DNA from: Pedosphaera sp.
Lineage (GTDB): Bacteria; Verrucomicrobiota; Verrucomicrobiia; Limisphaerales; JADLHS01
Length of the DNA stretch: 64,000 bases
Reading direction: 5' to 3'
NCBI GenBank assembly: GCA_009695195.1
Contig: SIBJ01000001.1
Span: 53,581-117,580 of the forward strand
Notes under the pieces: generated by a model
Told to the model about the DNA's origin: nothing
Seen by the model: the letters and a program-made list of their open reading frames with translations, nothing else
The model's database searches: none
Made by a program: the position numbers and the translations under genes
Shown: positions 61,398 through 64,000 of the stretch, piece by piece
How the letters are laid out: every line of letters starts with the position of its first letter
Position numbering within the stretch: position 1 is the first letter of the stretch

Positions 61398-62816
61398 CTA
61401 CACGGTGCGCATCTGGACGGCGTCCACGACCTGATCGCCGACCAGGATCGAGCCGATGATGACGATGGTCTGGCCCTGGGAGATAAAATTCTTTTCCGTG
61501 AGTTCCTTCACGGCGTCTTCGATGGTGTTTTCGGGATTGATCATGTCGAACGGTACGACGAGCGGGGTCAATCCCCAGTTCAAGGTCAGCCCCGCCGCGA
61601 CCTCCGCGCGGGCGCACAGGGCGTAAACCTTCGAGTAACGCGGGCGCATCCAGGCGGTGTGCCGCGCGACGTGGCCGAGCCGGGTGAAAACGAAAATGGC
61701 CTCGGCTTTCAAATCGTTCGCGAGGACGACGGCGCTCTTGACGAGTTTCTGGCGCGCGGTGCTCAACTCGGCGTGCGCCTCGTAATGCGCGCCGCCGCTG
61801 CGCTCGATCCGCCGTGCGATGCGGTCGAAAACTTCGATGCACTGCAACGGATATTTGCCCACGGTCGTCTCGCCGCTGAGCATGATGGCGTCGGCTTGTT
61901 CAAAAACCGCGTTCGCCACGTCGGTGACTTCGGCGCGCGTGGGCATGGGGGAGGCGATCATGCTCTCGAGCATGTGCGTGGCGACGATGACGGGCTTGCC
62001 GGTACGCAGACACGATTTCACGATGCGGCGTTGGACGATCGGAAGTTCCTCGTACGGAATCTCGATGCCGAGGTCGCCGCGCGCGATCATCACCCCATCG
62101 GCGGCGGCGATGATCTCGTCCAGATTCCTGAGCGCTTGCTGATCTTCAATCTTGGCGATGACGAGCGGCGGCGGTTTGCCCTCTCCAAAAAGTTCACGGA
62201 GCTGCTGGAGATCGCGGGCTTCGCGGACGAAGGAGAGGGCGATGAAGTCCACGCCCAGCTCCAGGCCGAGTTCGACGTCCTTGATGTCCTTGGCGGTGAG
62301 CGCGGGGAGGCTGACTTTGACGCCGGGGAGATTGATATGGCGGCGGCTGCCGAGTTTGCCGGCGGTGAGGACTTCGCACTCGACGCGGTTGCCGGACTTG
62401 GCGAGGACTTTCATGTGGATCGCGCCGTTGTCGAGCAGCACCACGTCGCCGACGCTGATGTCGTTGACGAAATTCTCGTAGTTCACGTCCACGGAATGTT
62501 CCTCCTCGCTGCGTTCGCCGCGGACGGTGAGCGTGAATTTCTCGCCGGGTTTCAAATCGAGCGGCACGGGCAGGTCGCCGGTGCGGATGGCCGGGCCTTG
62601 CGTGTCCATGAGAATACCGACGAAGCGCCGGCTCGCGGCGGCGGCGGCGCGGATGTCGGTGACGACGCGGCGCACCCAATCGTGCGTGGCGTGGGACATG
62701 TTGAGGCGGAAAACATTCACGCCCGCTGCGATGAGTTGCGCGAGCATGGCGGGCGAATCCGTGGCGGGGCCGAGCGTGGCGATGATCTTGGTTTTTCTCT
62801 GCGCTTCCGTCGGCAT
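61398..62816 (-). CDS. pyk: Pyruvate kinase
   Basis: RKTKIIATLGPAT...NVFRLNMSHATH...MIARGDLGIEIP...VATHMLESM. Start placed at ATG 62816. Confidence 0.92.
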   Translation of the reverse strand: MPTEAQRKTKIIATLGPATDSPAMLAQLIAAGVNVFRLNMSHATHDWVRRVVTDIRAAAAASRRFVGILMDTQGPAIRTGDLPVPLDLKPGEKFTLTVRGERSEEEHSVDVNYENFVNDISVGDVVLLDNGAIHMKVLAKSGNRVECEVLTAGKLGSRRHINLPGVKVSLPALTAKDIKDVELGLELGVDFIALSFVREARDLQQLRELFGEGKPPPLVIAKIEDQQALRNLDEIIAAADGVMIARGDLGIEIPYEELPIVQRRIVKSCLRTGKPVIVATHMLESMIASPMPTRAEVTDVANAVFEQADAIMLSGETTVGKYPLQCIEVFDRIARRIERSGGAHYEAHAELSTARQKLVKSAVVLANDLKAEAIFVFTRLGHVARHTAWMRPRYSKVYALCARAEVAAGLTLNWGLTPLVVPFDMINPENTIEDAVKELTEKNFISQGQTIVIIGSILVGDQVVDAVQMRTV

Positions 62817-62924
62817 GGGCGAAGAATAGCGAGCCGGCGGCAGCGAGAAAGTTTTTCCGGTGGAAAACGGGACTTGCCAACGTTCCGGCCCGTCCGCATA
62901 TTTTTGCCCGGAAAGAAAAAATTT

Positions 62925-63158
62925 ATGGCAGACCTGGCAAACAAATACGAAGTCAACGTCGGCGGCAAATATTACGTGGACAATCAGTGCATTGATTGCG
63001 ACCTCTGCCGCGAGACCGCGCCGGACAATTACAAGCGTCACGAAGACGGCGGCTATTCGTTCGTCTATAAGCAACCAGAGAATCCGGAAGAGGAAGCGCG
63101 CTGCAAGGAAGCGAAGGAAGGCTGCCCGGTCGAAGCCATCGGCGACAACGGCGGGTAG
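62925..63158 (+). CDS. Small 4Fe-4S ferredoxin (77 aa)
   Basis: ATG 62925; CIDCDLCRETAP ... CPVEAI is a single-cluster Cys pattern. It forms the 3' end of a long shadow ORF antisense to pyk. Confidence 0.75.
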   Translation: MADLANKYEVNVGGKYYVDNQCIDCDLCRETAPDNYKRHEDGGYSFVYKQPENPEEEARCKEAKEGCPVEAIGDNGG

Positions 63159-63184
63159 TTTTGCGCCGTAAATGTTTTCCCAGA

Positions 63185-63217
63185 CCCGCGGGCGAAAAGC
63201 TCGCGGGGGTTTTGTTT
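63185..63217 (+). terminator. Rho-independent terminator after the ferredoxin gene
   Basis: The stem CCCGCGGGC / GCTCGCGGG is 9 bp including one G-U pair, with loop GAAAA, followed by GGTTTTGTTTCC. Confidence 0.55.
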
Positions 63218-63307
63218 CCGCTGATCACCGGCGGGCGGGCCGCCGCCGGGGCGCAATGGAATAAAATTCCCGGTTGCGCACCGCGCGGATGCGCTTATGT
63301 TGCCCGC

Positions 63308-63514
63308 GTGAACTGGCAGCAGATCCTCTCCCTCATCATCGTGGCCGCGGCCGCGGCGGCGTTGGCGCGGGGCGCCTGGCGCCGGCGCAAATTCCGTTTC
63401 GACCGCGACACGCATTGCGGGTGCGCGGCGACCGGCACCGCTCACAACCAGAGTTCAATCGTTTTTCACGCGCGCAAAGGCGAACGACCGCGGGTGGTCG
63501 TCAAAATGAAATAA
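63308..63514 (+). CDS. Small membrane protein with a Cys motif (putative)
   Basis: GTG 63308 gives (M)NWQQILSLIIVAAAAAALARGAWRRRKF...HCGCAA: one TM helix, a basic stretch and CxC. This loosely recalls FeoB-associated Cys-rich peptides. Support is weak. Confidence 0.3.
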   Translation: MNWQQILSLIIVAAAAAALARGAWRRRKFRFDRDTHCGCAATGTAHNQSSIVFHARKGERPRVVVKMK

Positions 63515-63561
63515 GGTGGCGCTTGCGTCATTTTCGACGCTAAGATACTTTCCTCACGCAC

Positions 63562-63978
63562 ATGGCCGTAAACAAAATCAGTTCGACTTTGAATTTCGTC
63601 AGCCAGACGGCGATGGCCAGCCCGAAAGGAACGGCCAACGGGCATTGGGTGCCGAACACCGACGTGTATGTCAGCGACGCCGGCTTGGTCATCAAAGTCG
63701 AGCTGGCGGGGATGAAAAGCGAAAACCTCGAGATCAGCGTCGAAGGCAACCGCCTCCGCATCGCCGGCAACCGGCCGGATGGCTGCCGCGCCGCCAAATG
63801 CAATTTCCTCGTGATGGAAATCAATTATGGTCCATTCGAGAGTTTGATCGAGCTTCCGCCGGGGTACGATTTGAGCCAGGCCAAGGCCGCCTATTTGAAC
63901 GGCTTCCTGCGCGTGGATGTGCCCGTGGCCGTTTCCCAGTCAAAGAGCACCAAGGTGCACGTCGCCGAAGGCAACTAG
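63562..63978 (+). CDS. Hsp20/alpha-crystallin family small heat-shock protein
   Basis: WVPNTDVYVSDAGLVIKVELAGMKSENLEISVEGNRLRIAG...AAYLNGFLRVDVP is an alpha-crystallin domain. Confidence 0.9.
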   Translation: MAVNKISSTLNFVSQTAMASPKGTANGHWVPNTDVYVSDAGLVIKVELAGMKSENLEISVEGNRLRIAGNRPDGCRAAKCNFLVMEINYGPFESLIELPPGYDLSQAKAAYLNGFLRVDVPVAVSQSKSTKVHVAEGN

Positions 63979-64000
63979 CCTTCACCGAGTTTTTCAACGG

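Overview
This is a 64-kb, GC-rich bacterial chromosomal segment. Its gene content suggests a PVC-superphylum, Verrucomicrobiota-like genome: TAT-signal Gfo/Idh/MocA oxidoreductases, a xylose-isomerase-like TIM barrel, a sulfatase, a giant Cys-rich surface protein and many hairpin repeats. That assignment is inference only.

Housekeeping genes are easy to recognise:
- gatC, mtnP, glgC
- an LPS block, kdsA-kdsC-lptC-lptA-lptB
- pssA-psd, glnD, trpB, cinA/pncC, pyk, a ferredoxin and hsp20
- an ECF sigma, anti-sigma and DUF3106-like trio
- a vapBC pair
- a 13-gene complex I cluster, nuoB to nuoN (43.5-60.9 kb)

Four things stand out:
1. The nuo cluster is a mosaic. It holds an antisense tRNA-Gln plus an inverted-repeat element between nuoE and nuoF, a DUF4160/DUF2442 cassette between nuoF and nuoG, a secreted orphan between nuoI and nuoJ, and a DUF1016/YhcG PD-(D/E)xK nuclease between nuoL and nuoM. 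The CDS insertions (DUF4160/DUF2442, the orphan and YhcG) are joined to their neighbours with operon-style overlaps or gaps of a few nucleotides. A 60-nt hairpin repeat also sits in frame inside nuoG.
2. A surface protein of about 2,000 aa, built from roughly 870-bp tandem modules, is split by a single in-frame TAG at 8512-8514 in the middle of a domain.
3. At least 14 sequence families of long hairpin (REP/MITE-like) repeats fill the intergenic spaces. Some are nested and some lie inside coding sequence.
4. There are several unusual small or repetitive proteins: a secreted 101-aa protein with a duplicated 7-Cys motif, a membrane-anchored protein with about 19 tandem 32-residue repeats, and a YkgJ-like gene whose 3' end is duplicated on the far side of an SGNH hydrolase gene.

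No rRNA, CRISPR array, transposase or integrase was seen. All calls come from reading the sequence and the supplied translations. No database search was run.
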